Source: an uncultured delta proteobacterium
GTDB lineage: Bacteria > Myxococcota_A > Polyangia > Polyangiales > Polyangiaceae
Assembly: GCA_963782055.1 (NCBI GenBank)
Contig: CAWAIF010000002.1
Coordinates: forward strand, 384,001-448,000
Direction: 5' to 3'
Length of the DNA stretch: 64,000 nt
The notes beneath the pieces are model-generated. The model searched no databases. It saw only the letters and a list, made by a program, of their open reading frames with translations, and was not told the DNA's origin. Positions 51,137 through 60,099 of this stretch are shown piece after piece; positions within the stretch are counted from its first letter, which is position 1; every line of letters begins with the position of its first letter. A program made the translations under genes and the position numbers.

Positions 51137-51892
51137 ATGGGTATCGGCTTCGTCGGGCATGGCGCACCCACCCTCGCGCTGGACCCGAAAAAGGGAGCAG
51201 AGGTGGCATCGGTCACGGAGGCCGAGCCCACACCAGCTGCCATCCTGGTCGTCTCGGCGCACTGGGAAGAGGAGGAGCCCACCCTCGGAACAACGGAGAA
51301 GCGCCCCCTCATCTACGACTTCTACGGCTTCCCGGAGCCGCTCTATCGCGTGCAGTACCCCGCGCCGGGCGCGCCGGACCTCGCCGAGCGGGTGCGGGGG
51401 CTCGTCCCGGGGGTCCGCCAGGTCGATCGAGGGCTGGACCACGGCGTGTGGGCACCCCTCATTCACATCTCACCAGGAGGGAAGGTGCCCGTGCTCCAGC
51501 TCTCGCTGGCCTATCCCGGGGACCCTCGCAAACTCTTCGACCTTGGCGCGTCGCTCGCGCCCCTCTCCGCCGAGGGCGTGCTCCTGCTCGGAAGCGGCAA
51601 CGTGGTGCACAACCTCCGCGCCATCGACTTCCATGATCGCACCCCGCCGCCAGGCTGGGCGATCGAGTTCGATGCGTGGTGCGAGGATGCGCTGGTGCGC
51701 AAGGACTACGACCTGCTGATCGACTTCGCGCGTCGCGGGCCAGGCGCCTCCCTCGCCCACCCCACCCACGAGCACTTCCTGCCGCTCCTCCTCGCTGCCG
51801 GGGCCGCGAGCGCAGGAGCTCTCGCCCCCCACTTCCCGCTGACAGGCTTCGAGTACGCGACGATCGGTCGTCGCTGCGTCGTCTGGTCGTAG
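51137..51892 (+). CDS. DODA-type extradiol ring-cleavage dioxygenase (LigB/YgiD family)
   Basis: HGAP, SAHW, IYDFYGFP, RGLDHG, GSGNVVHNL, HPTHEHFLPL. Confidence 0.9.
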   Translation: MGIGFVGHGAPTLALDPKKGAEVASVTEAEPTPAAILVVSAHWEEEEPTLGTTEKRPLIYDFYGFPEPLYRVQYPAPGAPDLAERVRGLVPGVRQVDRGLDHGVWAPLIHISPGGKVPVLQLSLAYPGDPRKLFDLGASLAPLSAEGVLLLGSGNVVHNLRAIDFHDRTPPPGWAIEFDAWCEDALVRKDYDLLIDFARRGPGASLAHPTHEHFLPLLLAAGAASAGALAPHFPLTGFEYATIGRRCVVWS

Positions 51893-51952
51893 CCGTCGCG
51901 CGGGTCGCGAGCGCCTTGCCCCTCCCGCCCGCGGCTGAGGTATCCTCGCGCC

Positions 51953-52663
51953 ATGGCCTCCTCCAAGACGCATGGTCCCCGCACCCTCGCCATCGACATC
52001 GGTGGCACCGGGCTCAAGGCGACGATCCTCGACCCGAAAGGCAAGCAGCTCGTCGACCGCGTGCGCGTCGAGACCCCGCACCCGGCGACTCCCTCCGCGG
52101 TGCTCGAGTCCCTGGTGAAGCTCGTCGCCCAGCTCGGGCCCTACGACCGCATCTCGACGGGCTTCCCTGGCGTCGTCGTCGACGGCACCACCCGGAGCGC
52201 ACCCAACCTCGACCCCGCCTGGCGCGGCTTCCCCCTCGCGTCGGAGCTCACGCGTCGCCTGAAGAAGCCCGCCCGCGTCCTCAACGACGCCGGCGTCCAG
52301 GGCTTCGGCGTGATCAGCGGCAAGGGCACCGAGATGGTGCTCACCCTGGGCACCGGCATGGGTTGCGCCATCTACGTCGATGGCAAGTACGTGCCCAACA
52401 TCGAGCTGGCGCACCACCCCCTCAAGGGCAGCAAGACATACGAGGACTACATTGGCCAGAAGGCGCTCAAGAAGGTGGGCAAGAAGCGCTGGAACAAGCG
52501 CGTCAAGCACGTGCTGGAGCAGATCGAGCCCATCTTCAACCCCACGCGCGTCTACCTCGGTGGTGGCAACGCCAAGCGGATCGACTTCAAGCTCCCGCCG
52601 CACGTCTCGGTGACCGACAACGTGGCGGGCCTGCTGGGCGGCATCGCCCTCTGGCACCACTGA
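51953..52663 (+). CDS. ROK-family sugar kinase (polyphosphate glucokinase-like)
   Basis: DIGGTGLK, NDAGVQG, TLGTGMG, ELAH. Confidence 0.85.
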   Translation: MASSKTHGPRTLAIDIGGTGLKATILDPKGKQLVDRVRVETPHPATPSAVLESLVKLVAQLGPYDRISTGFPGVVVDGTTRSAPNLDPAWRGFPLASELTRRLKKPARVLNDAGVQGFGVISGKGTEMVLTLGTGMGCAIYVDGKYVPNIELAHHPLKGSKTYEDYIGQKALKKVGKKRWNKRVKHVLEQIEPIFNPTRVYLGGGNAKRIDFKLPPHVSVTDNVAGLLGGIALWHH

Positions 52664-52893
52664 GTCTGGCCCGCTGCTGCGGGCTCCTTCGGGGTGGCAT
52701 CAGGCCACCTGGCCCATCGCTAGCCGGCGAACGATCCCGTCCAGCTTGCGCGGGCGCCGAGGGGATGGCCGGAACGCGGACGCACAAACGACCGGCCGGT
52801 CCGTCGCCTCTCCCCGCCCCGCACGTCCCATCGCTAGCCGGCTAACGATCGCGCGTTCCGCCGCGTTTCCGCGGCGAAGGGCCCCCGCGGGGG

Positions 52894-54528
52894 CTACGAC
52901 GCCGTCGCCGTGGTGCCGCGGGCGGTCTCGGCGTACGTGATGCCGCTGAAGGTCCGCTTGGCGCTGTTGAGCTGCCAGTCTCCGGCGAACAGGACCACCG
53001 GCCGGTCGCGCACGTCCATCACCGGGATCCCCACGCGCTCGCGGTCGAAGGCGCGCATGTCCACCGGCTGACCGTCCTCGCGCGCCACCCACCGCGCGAA
53101 CTCCACGCTCATCGGCTCCAGGCGCACGTCCACGTCGTACTCGTTCTTGAGGCGGTACTTGACCACCTCCAGCTGCAGCCGCCCCACCGCCCCCAGCACC
53201 GGATCGCCCGGGAGGCCGTCCGCCGGCCGGTAAAGCTGGATGGTGCCCTCCTGCGCGAGCTGCTCCAGCCCGCTCTTGAGCTGCTTGCGGCGCATCGGGT
53301 CCGCCATCACCGCGCGCACGAAGTGCTCCGGCGCGAAGCTGGGGATCTCCTCGTAGCGGAACTCCGGGCCACTGGTGATGGTGTCGCCGATCTCGAAGAC
53401 CCCCGGGTCGTAGACGCCCATCACGTCGCCTGCGTAGCCCTCCTCCACCAGGCTGCGCTCCTGCGCGAGGAAGGTCGTCGGGTTGGCGAGGCGCATCTCC
53501 TTGTGCGTGCGCACCAGCTTCACCTTCATCCCGCGCTCGAAGCGCCCGGAGCTCACCCGCACGAAGGCGACGCGATCGCGGTGCGACTTGTTCATGTTCG
53601 CCTGGATCTTGAAGACGAAGGCGCTGAAGACATCGCTGTCGGGCGGGATGGGGCCCTTGTCGCTCATGCGCGGCGCGGGCGGCGGCATGAGGCTGCAGAA
53701 GGAGTCGAGGAACGCTTCCAGGCCGAAGTTGTTGATGGCGCTCCCGAAGAACATGGGCGACACGTCGCCGGCGATGAACCGTTCCATGTCGAAGGCGTCG
53801 CCGGCGGCGTCGAGCAGCTCGGCCTCCTCGCGGAGCTGCGCGTAGCCCGCCTCGTCCAGCTCCTCCTTGAGGAGCGGATCGTCCAGGCCGGTCACCCGCA
53901 CGGGCGCGACCTCGCTGCCCGCCGCCGCGCTGGAGGTGGCCCGCGACGCGTCGAAGAGGTGCACCGCCTTGTTGAGCCGGTGGTAGACGCCGCGGAAGGT
54001 CGCCCCGCGGTAGATGGGCCAGGTCACCGGGAAGACGCCGATACCCAGCACGTGCTCCACCTCGCCGATGAGCTCGAAGGGCTCACGCCCCGGCCGGTCC
54101 ATCTTGTTGACGAAGGTGAAGATGGGCATCTTGCGCTGCTTGCACACGCGGAAGAGCTTCTTCGTCTGCGCCTCGACGCCCTTGGCGCAGTCGAGCAGCA
54201 TCACCGCTCCGTCCACCGCGTGCAGCGTGCGATAGGTGTCCTCGCTGAAGTCGGCGTGACCGGGCGTGTCGAGCAGGTTCATCTGCAGCCCGCGGTAGGG
54301 GAACTGCATGACGCTCGTGGTGATGGAGATGCCACGCTCGCGCTCCATCTCCATCCAGTCGGAGAGGGCGCCGGCGCGGCCGCGCTTGGCCTTCACCGCG
54401 CCCGCGAGCTGGATCGCGCCCCCGTAGAGCAAGAGCTTCTCGGTGAGGGTGGTCTTGCCCGCGTCGGGGTGGGAGATGATGGCGAAGGTCTTTCGCTTCC
54501 GGATCTGCGCGGCCAGCTGCTCGGACAT
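52894..54528 (-). CDS. prfC: Peptide chain release factor 3
   Basis: TFAIISHPDAGKTTLTEKLL, SDWMEMERERGISIT, HRDRVAF. Confidence 0.96.
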   Translation of the reverse strand: MSEQLAAQIRKRKTFAIISHPDAGKTTLTEKLLLYGGAIQLAGAVKAKRGRAGALSDWMEMERERGISITTSVMQFPYRGLQMNLLDTPGHADFSEDTYRTLHAVDGAVMLLDCAKGVEAQTKKLFRVCKQRKMPIFTFVNKMDRPGREPFELIGEVEHVLGIGVFPVTWPIYRGATFRGVYHRLNKAVHLFDASRATSSAAAGSEVAPVRVTGLDDPLLKEELDEAGYAQLREEAELLDAAGDAFDMERFIAGDVSPMFFGSAINNFGLEAFLDSFCSLMPPPAPRMSDKGPIPPDSDVFSAFVFKIQANMNKSHRDRVAFVRVSSGRFERGMKVKLVRTHKEMRLANPTTFLAQERSLVEEGYAGDVMGVYDPGVFEIGDTITSGPEFRYEEIPSFAPEHFVRAVMADPMRRKQLKSGLEQLAQEGTIQLYRPADGLPGDPVLGAVGRLQLEVVKYRLKNEYDVDVRLEPMSVEFARWVAREDGQPVDMRAFDRERVGIPVMDVRDRPVVLFAGDWQLNSAKRTFSGITYAETARGTTATAS

Positions 54529-54662
54529 GAAGCCAGCGCGCTTTAGCATGACCACCCACCCTGAGGGGTTCATCATGCTCGTTTGCGATGGCGTATTGCA
54601 GACATGCAATGCGAGCGCACAGCTAGGGCGAGGATTTGCCGAGAAAACGGGGGTGGGACCCA

Positions 54663-54678
54663 TGGCACGGCACCTGCA
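54663..54678 (+). promoter_or_regulatory. Putative sigma54 promoter
   Basis: TGGCACGGCACCTGCA with GG-N10-GC spacing; an inverted repeat near 54592-54610 may be an enhancer site. Confidence 0.7.
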
Positions 54679-54688
54679 AAGGGAGTTC

Positions 54689-54748
54689 TTGCCTGCGCGG
54701 AGTGTGGCTGCCCCCCCCGGCCCCTTTGCGCAGGCACTTTTCTTTTTG
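54689..54748 (+). ncRNA. Candidate small RNA: single hairpin with poly-C loop and U-tail
   Basis: TGCCTGCGCGGAG/CTTTGCGCAGGCA stem, C-run loop, then TTTTCTTTTT; starts at the predicted sigma54 +1. Confidence 0.55.
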
Positions 54749-54803
54749 TCTCGGGCGCGCCTCGCCGGACCTGTGGTCCGCACGGCTGGCGGCCCGATGC
54801 CGT

Positions 54804-57758
54804 ATGCTGCGGGTCGTGCGCTCCCGACAGCTTGCTTGGCCCATCGCTCTGGCCCTCCTGCCCGTTCTAGCCCGGTGTGACGGCACATCGTCGCCGCCCG
54901 CCCCACCCCCGGACGAGAACCTGCCGGGGGAGCAGGCGTGCGACCCGACGACCATCACCACCTTCGCCCTGTCCTTCGACCCTCCGTCGGTCGTGGTGGC
55001 GCCCGGCCAGTCGCGTCCGGTCCGGCTGACGGTCGACCCCGACGTCTGCACCGTGAAGTCGGTCGACTTCTCCAGCGCCGACGGGAGCGTGGCCGCCGCG
55101 CCCCCCAGCGCGAAGGTGGACCTGCGCCACGCGACCTACGACTTCAACGTCATCGGCGGCGCGGCTGGCAAGACGACGCTCACCGCGAGCCTCGCCAACT
55201 ACGACGGCACGACCGTCACCGTGGACCTCCCGGTGGACGTGCGCGACGCCGCCGCGCCCGCGTGCGCCCTGGGTGACACGGCGGACGCCACGATCGACCA
55301 GGGCGCTCCCTCGATGAAGGGCAAGGGCGGGCTCGCGGACGCCGCGCTGGCCACCAACGCCAACGCCTTCGTGCGCACCGACGCGTGGAAGCTCCCCCCC
55401 TTCGACGCCAGCATCAGCTGCGGCTCGGACCTGGTCGGCCCGTCCGGCATCGACTACGTCGCCCTCTCGCCGGCCGTCACCTTCACCGCCAAGACCGCGC
55501 TCGACACCACCCGGCCGCTACGCCGCGAGCTGGACTTCACCATCCCGGTCAACCCCGCCGCGTTCCCCGGGCCCGCGCGCATGCGCCACCTGGAGGTGCT
55601 CTTCTCCAGCCCCGCCGCCAAGGTGCCGCGGCCGATCGTCATCGCCAGCCCCCGCATCGAGGCCGTCGGCAGCGGCTACGTCCTTCACTTCTCCTCGCCG
55701 TGGCTGGGCACCTACCAGGCGGTGGTGCGCAAGGACGCCGGCTCGATCGTGCGCACGCGCCACCTCACCCACCGCGCCGTCATCGGCTTCTCGATGGGCG
55801 GCGGCGGCGCGGCCACCTTCGGCTTCCGGCACCACGACGAGTTCGACGCCATCGCCCCGATGGGCGGGCCGAGCGACTGGACCTGGCTGCTCTGGTTCGT
55901 GGAGAACTACGCTCTCGGCGGCTTCTGCCCGAAGGGCCAGACCTGTCCGCAGACGGCGCCGGGCGACTACCCCATGCGCGACACCTTCGCGCACAGCGAG
56001 GACTTCAACCACTGGTGGTACGAGACCGGCAGCGGCAACGGCGGCCACTTCCCCCGCGACGAGTACGTCCAGATCTTCACCGACCTGGCGCTCATGGAGC
56101 AGAACCCCAACGGCGACAACGCCGACGCGGGCCTCTCCTTCTTCGCGCGTGGACCGAAGGCGAGCGATCCCTGGGTCGCGGGCGATACGACGGGCCTGCC
56201 GCCGGGGACGAACTGCGCCTTCACCGTCGAGCCCATCAAGAACGACCCGAACAACGCGCTGCAGAACCAGATCAAGAAGCAGTGCGCCAAGTCGCGGTGC
56301 GACCCGAAGAACGCGTGGATCGTCCCGAGCGGCTACTACGACGACGAGTTCAACCCCGACGGCTCCGAGCAGGTCATCAGCGTGTGCGACGGCGCGCAGG
56401 TGGGCGAGACGGACAGCCCGTACTCCAACACCTGGGCGCCGCCGTCGGCGGACCAGGCCTACCCCATGGACCTCGCCCTGGCGGTGGACCTGAACAAGAA
56501 CGGCGTGCGTGACGAGAACGAGCCCATCATCCGCAGCGGACACGAGCCGTGGAGCGACGTGGGCGTCGACGGCCTCGCCGACAAGAACGAGCCGGGCTAC
56601 GACGCGGTCACCAACCCGGACCCGGACCAGGACGACTACGACTTCCAGATGAACCCGTCGGGCACCGAGGGCGACCACCGCTACGAGCAGGGCGAGCCCT
56701 ACGAGGACTACGGCCTGGACGGCGTGCCCAACACCAAGTCTTCGCCCTACGACGTGGGCGAGGGCGACGGGAAGTTCACCATGGCCAAGGGGCTGGAGAA
56801 CTTCTACGCGGTGGACCCGCACAGCATCCTGCGCGGCTGGTCGACCGACATCCCCGGCGGCCCCATGACCGACCAGGCGCTCGCCAACCTCGCCGTGTGG
56901 AGCGACGGCGGCGTGCGCGACCTGTTCAACTTCGCCGCGGTGGCCGACAACCTGGAGGGCGCGATCGCGTCGCGCCGCACCGCCGACGGCCACTTCGTCT
57001 CGTCGGTCGCCTTCTACAACGGCTTCCAGGACCTGCCGGGGCAGGACCCCACGCGCCCGGACGACTTCGCCCCCGCGCACATGCGCTGGGCGGACCTGGT
57101 CGCCTCGCCGAGCCTCCGCTACGGCAACGTGGACGCCACCAAGACGCAGATCGAGTCGGGCGATGGTCAGCACGTCGGCACCGGCGCGCAGATCCTCTAC
57201 CGCCTCGAGGCGGCGTTCTACTTCGTCGCGCACCAGTGGCCCGACGCCGACCGCTTGCTCACCGAGCCGGACGTGGACAATCCGGAGACCGCCACCAAGA
57301 ACGAGCTGGGCATCGACTGCGAGCTCAAGGGGCGCTGCGAGAAGATCTTCACCGGACCCAAGACCAACCGCACCGGGCCCATCGCCATCACCTTGCCGCC
57401 CGGCTACGGCAACGAGGACAACCGCCTGCGCGACGTCCGCTACCCGGTCGTCTACGTGCTGCACGGCTACGGGCAGGACCCGCGCGACCTCGAGGCGCTC
57501 GCGGTGATCAGCAACAACTTCATGAACGACGGGACGCGGTCGGCGCCCAACCGCCTCGCCAAGTTCATCACCGTGTACGTCGACGGCCGCTGCCGGGTGG
57601 GCGCCGACGGGCAGCCGGAGTGCATCCAGGGCAGCTTCTACCTGGACTCCAAGCGGCAGGGCGGCCCGCAGTTCGACTCGTGGTTCGACGAGGTCGTGAA
57701 GTACATCGACCAGAACTACCGGACGATGGCCCCGAGCGACGTGGAAGAGGCGCCGTAG
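54804..57758 (+). CDS. Large secreted alpha/beta-hydrolase (esterase-like) protein
   Basis: Signal/lipobox-like N-terminus; GFSMGG; YPVVYVLHGYG; acidic Ca-binding-like repeats. Confidence 0.8.
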   Translation: MLRVVRSRQLAWPIALALLPVLARCDGTSSPPAPPPDENLPGEQACDPTTITTFALSFDPPSVVVAPGQSRPVRLTVDPDVCTVKSVDFSSADGSVAAAPPSAKVDLRHATYDFNVIGGAAGKTTLTASLANYDGTTVTVDLPVDVRDAAAPACALGDTADATIDQGAPSMKGKGGLADAALATNANAFVRTDAWKLPPFDASISCGSDLVGPSGIDYVALSPAVTFTAKTALDTTRPLRRELDFTIPVNPAAFPGPARMRHLEVLFSSPAAKVPRPIVIASPRIEAVGSGYVLHFSSPWLGTYQAVVRKDAGSIVRTRHLTHRAVIGFSMGGGGAATFGFRHHDEFDAIAPMGGPSDWTWLLWFVENYALGGFCPKGQTCPQTAPGDYPMRDTFAHSEDFNHWWYETGSGNGGHFPRDEYVQIFTDLALMEQNPNGDNADAGLSFFARGPKASDPWVAGDTTGLPPGTNCAFTVEPIKNDPNNALQNQIKKQCAKSRCDPKNAWIVPSGYYDDEFNPDGSEQVISVCDGAQVGETDSPYSNTWAPPSADQAYPMDLALAVDLNKNGVRDENEPIIRSGHEPWSDVGVDGLADKNEPGYDAVTNPDPDQDDYDFQMNPSGTEGDHRYEQGEPYEDYGLDGVPNTKSSPYDVGEGDGKFTMAKGLENFYAVDPHSILRGWSTDIPGGPMTDQALANLAVWSDGGVRDLFNFAAVADNLEGAIASRRTADGHFVSSVAFYNGFQDLPGQDPTRPDDFAPAHMRWADLVASPSLRYGNVDATKTQIESGDGQHVGTGAQILYRLEAAFYFVAHQWPDADRLLTEPDVDNPETATKNELGIDCELKGRCEKIFTGPKTNRTGPIAITLPPGYGNEDNRLRDVRYPVVYVLHGYGQDPRDLEALAVISNNFMNDGTRSAPNRLAKFITVYVDGRCRVGADGQPECIQGSFYLDSKRQGGPQFDSWFDEVVKYIDQNYRTMAPSDVEEAP

Positions 57759-57776
57759 CCGCTTCCCCAGGCCGGT

Positions 57777-58115
57777 TCAGCGGACCACGATCTCGACCGG
57801 GTCCCAGACGACCACCTCGTCGCCCTCCAGCATCGCCACGAAGCGTCGCTGGTCGTCGCAGAGCCCGCGCGGGGCGACCAGCGCGCCGGTGCGCAGGGAG
57901 AAGACGTACCCGTGCATCGGGCACACCACGCACTCCGGCCGCATCTCGGAGCGGCCGCCGTCGGTGAGGCTCGCGCCGGCGTGGTTGCAGGCGTCCTCGA
58001 TGGCGTACGGCTCACCGTCGACCAGCCCCACCGCCACGTCGAAGGGCGGGTAGTGCAGGCGCACCAGCGCCCCCGACTCGAGCTCCGCCCGCGCGACACG
58101 GCCCACGAGGCGCAT
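57777..58115 (-). CDS. Rieske (2Fe-2S) ferredoxin
   Basis: CNH and CPMHG motifs. Confidence 0.85.
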   Translation of the reverse strand: MRLVGRVARAELESGALVRLHYPPFDVAVGLVDGEPYAIEDACNHAGASLTDGGRSEMRPECVVCPMHGYVFSLRTGALVAPRGLCDDQRRFVAMLEGDEVVVWDPVEIVVR

Positions 58116-58762
58116 CAGTTGAGGACCCGGCGCTCCCCGCCCATCGCGTGCTCCTGCACCGTGAGCTCGCGCGTGACGAACGCCACGCGGTCGCCGTCGT
58201 CGAGCTGCTCGAGCATCGCCTGCCGGGCGCGCGGGTCTGCCAGCAGGTGCGCCGCGCACACGTCCGCCACGGCGCCGGCGTCCAGGCTCTCCGGGACGTC
58301 GAAGGAGAAGCGGGGCTCGCGCGCTCGCACCGTCCGCACGAAGGAGCGGGCGGCCGCGATCAGCGCGGCGCGATCCAGCTCGGTGACCGCGCCCGCGACG
58401 GTATCGAGCACGGTGGCGCGCGCGCGCCGGAAGGGCGCGACGAAGGGCAGCTCGTCCAGGCGCACGCGCACCTGGCCCGCGAGCAGGATGTTGGAGCGGC
58501 CGTCGGGCAGCACCTCGTGGCGCGCGATGAGACCCGCGCCCGCCACGCCGGCGATGCGCGGCTGATCGCCCGCCGCCCCCGCGGCCTCCTCGTCGAGCAT
58601 GACGACGGCCATCGCCCCGTGTGTCTTCAGGCAGTGAGAGAGCAGGGCGCGGTAGCGCGGCTCGAAGACGTGGAGCGGGAGCACGGTGTGCGGGAAGAAG
58701 GCGAGCCGCGGCAGCGGGAACACCGGCAGCTCGCCGAGGGCGGCGCGCAGGTCGGGCGTCAT
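58115..58762 (-). CDS. LON peptidase substrate-binding domain protein
   Basis: LPVFPL..FFP..LPLHVFEPRY, LPDGRSNI. Confidence 0.88.
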   Translation of the reverse strand: MTPDLRAALGELPVFPLPRLAFFPHTVLPLHVFEPRYRALLSHCLKTHGAMAVVMLDEEAAGAAGDQPRIAGVAGAGLIARHEVLPDGRSNILLAGQVRVRLDELPFVAPFRRARATVLDTVAGAVTELDRAALIAAARSFVRTVRAREPRFSFDVPESLDAGAVADVCAAHLLADPRARQAMLEQLDDGDRVAFVTRELTVQEHAMGGERRVLN

Positions 58763-59451
58763 GGGCCGAACATCTCCACCGCGCTGCCGTTCATGGCGTC
58801 GGGCGCGTCCAGGCCGGCGAAGACCACCGCGCGGGCCACGTCGTCGGCGTGCATCCGCGGGGCGAAGCCGCTCCCCTCGAGCATCCTCGTGTCCACCGAG
58901 CCGGGCAGCACGCACATGGCCTGCAGCCCGGTGCCGCGCAGCTCCTCCGCCAGCGACTTCACGAAGCCCACGACGCCCCACTTGGCCGCGCAGTAGGCGC
59001 TCTGGCGCGCCGTGCCGATGGTCGAGGAGATGCTGCCGATCGCGACGAACCGGCCGCGGCCGCGCTCGAGCATGGGCGGGAGGAAGGCGCGCGCGGTGAG
59101 GAAGACGCCGGTGAGGTTCACCGCCAGCACCTCGTCCCACTCGCCCTCGCTCATCTCGTGGACGGGGGCGCGACGGACCACGCCCGCGTTGGCGACGACG
59201 ACGTCGGGCGCGCCGAGCTCACGCGCCACCTCCGCGGCGGCGCGCGCCACCTCGTGCGACTGCGTGACGTCGCACCGGAGCGCGAGCGCGCGGCGGCCCG
59301 CCTGCACCACGCGCCCCGCGGTCTCCTCCAGCGCCTCCACCGTCCGCGCGAGCAGCGCGACGTCCATCCCACGCGCCGCCAGCGCGAGCGCCGCCGCGCG
59401 ACCGATGCCGCGGCTCGCCCCGGTGACCACCGCCACCTTCGGCGCGGTCAA
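58759..59451 (-). CDS. SDR oxidoreductase
   Basis: TGASRGIG, NAG, YCAAK; TTG start overlaps the folE stop. Confidence 0.88.
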   Translation of the reverse strand: MTAPKVAVVTGASRGIGRAAALALAARGMDVALLARTVEALEETAGRVVQAGRRALALRCDVTQSHEVARAAAEVARELGAPDVVVANAGVVRRAPVHEMSEGEWDEVLAVNLTGVFLTARAFLPPMLERGRGRFVAIGSISSTIGTARQSAYCAAKWGVVGFVKSLAEELRGTGLQAMCVLPGSVDTRMLEGSGFAPRMHADDVARAVVFAGLDAPDAMNGSAVEMFGP

Positions 59452-60008
59452 CGTCGATCCCTCACCGCCGCGAGCGCCTCGGCGCGGTCCGCCGGGGTCC
59501 CCGCGCGCACCGCGATCGTCTCCAGCGCCGCGCCGTGGCGCCGCTCGCCCCGCGCGGTCATGCACGTGTGCGTCATGACGATGCGGCACGCCACCCATCG
59601 CGGCGCCAGTCCATGCTCCAGCGCGCCCGCCACCCCTTCGCCGATGGTCTCCTGAAGGGTCAAGCGGTGGGCGAAGGCGTCCACCAGCCGCGCGATCCCG
59701 CCCACGCCGAGGGCCCGCCCGCGCGGCGCGAAGGCCACCAGCGCGGTGCCGGTGCCGGGCATGAGGTGATGCGGACAGGTCGTCGTCACGCCGAGATCGC
59801 GCAGCGCGACCACGCCGCTCGCCTCCACCTCGAGCGTCTCCGCCTTCACCAGCGCGTCCACGTCCACCGCGTAGCCCGCGCACAGCTCGTCGAGGAACGC
59901 CGCGGCCACGCGCTCCCCGGTGCCGGCGAGCTCCGGCTCGGAGTCCGGGTTGCGGCCGATCGCGCGGAGGAAGGCGTCGATCGCCCGCGCTGCTTCGGCG
60001 CGGTTCAT
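59448..60008 (-). CDS. folE: GTP cyclohydrolase I (divergent)
   Basis: CPHHLMP, RLTLQE, HTCMTARG. Confidence 0.78.
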   Translation of the reverse strand: MNRAEAARAIDAFLRAIGRNPDSEPELAGTGERVAAAFLDELCAGYAVDVDALVKAETLEVEASGVVALRDLGVTTTCPHHLMPGTGTALVAFAPRGRALGVGGIARLVDAFAHRLTLQETIGEGVAGALEHGLAPRWVACRIVMTHTCMTARGERRHGAALETIAVRAGTPADRAEALAAVRDRR

Positions 60009-60099
60009 CCGGACGGCATTGTGCCACAGGTCGCGGGGGCGGCACGCGCCACCCCTCCCCGCCCAGCGAAAATTGCGCGCGGCCCCGTGGAGAACGCGC

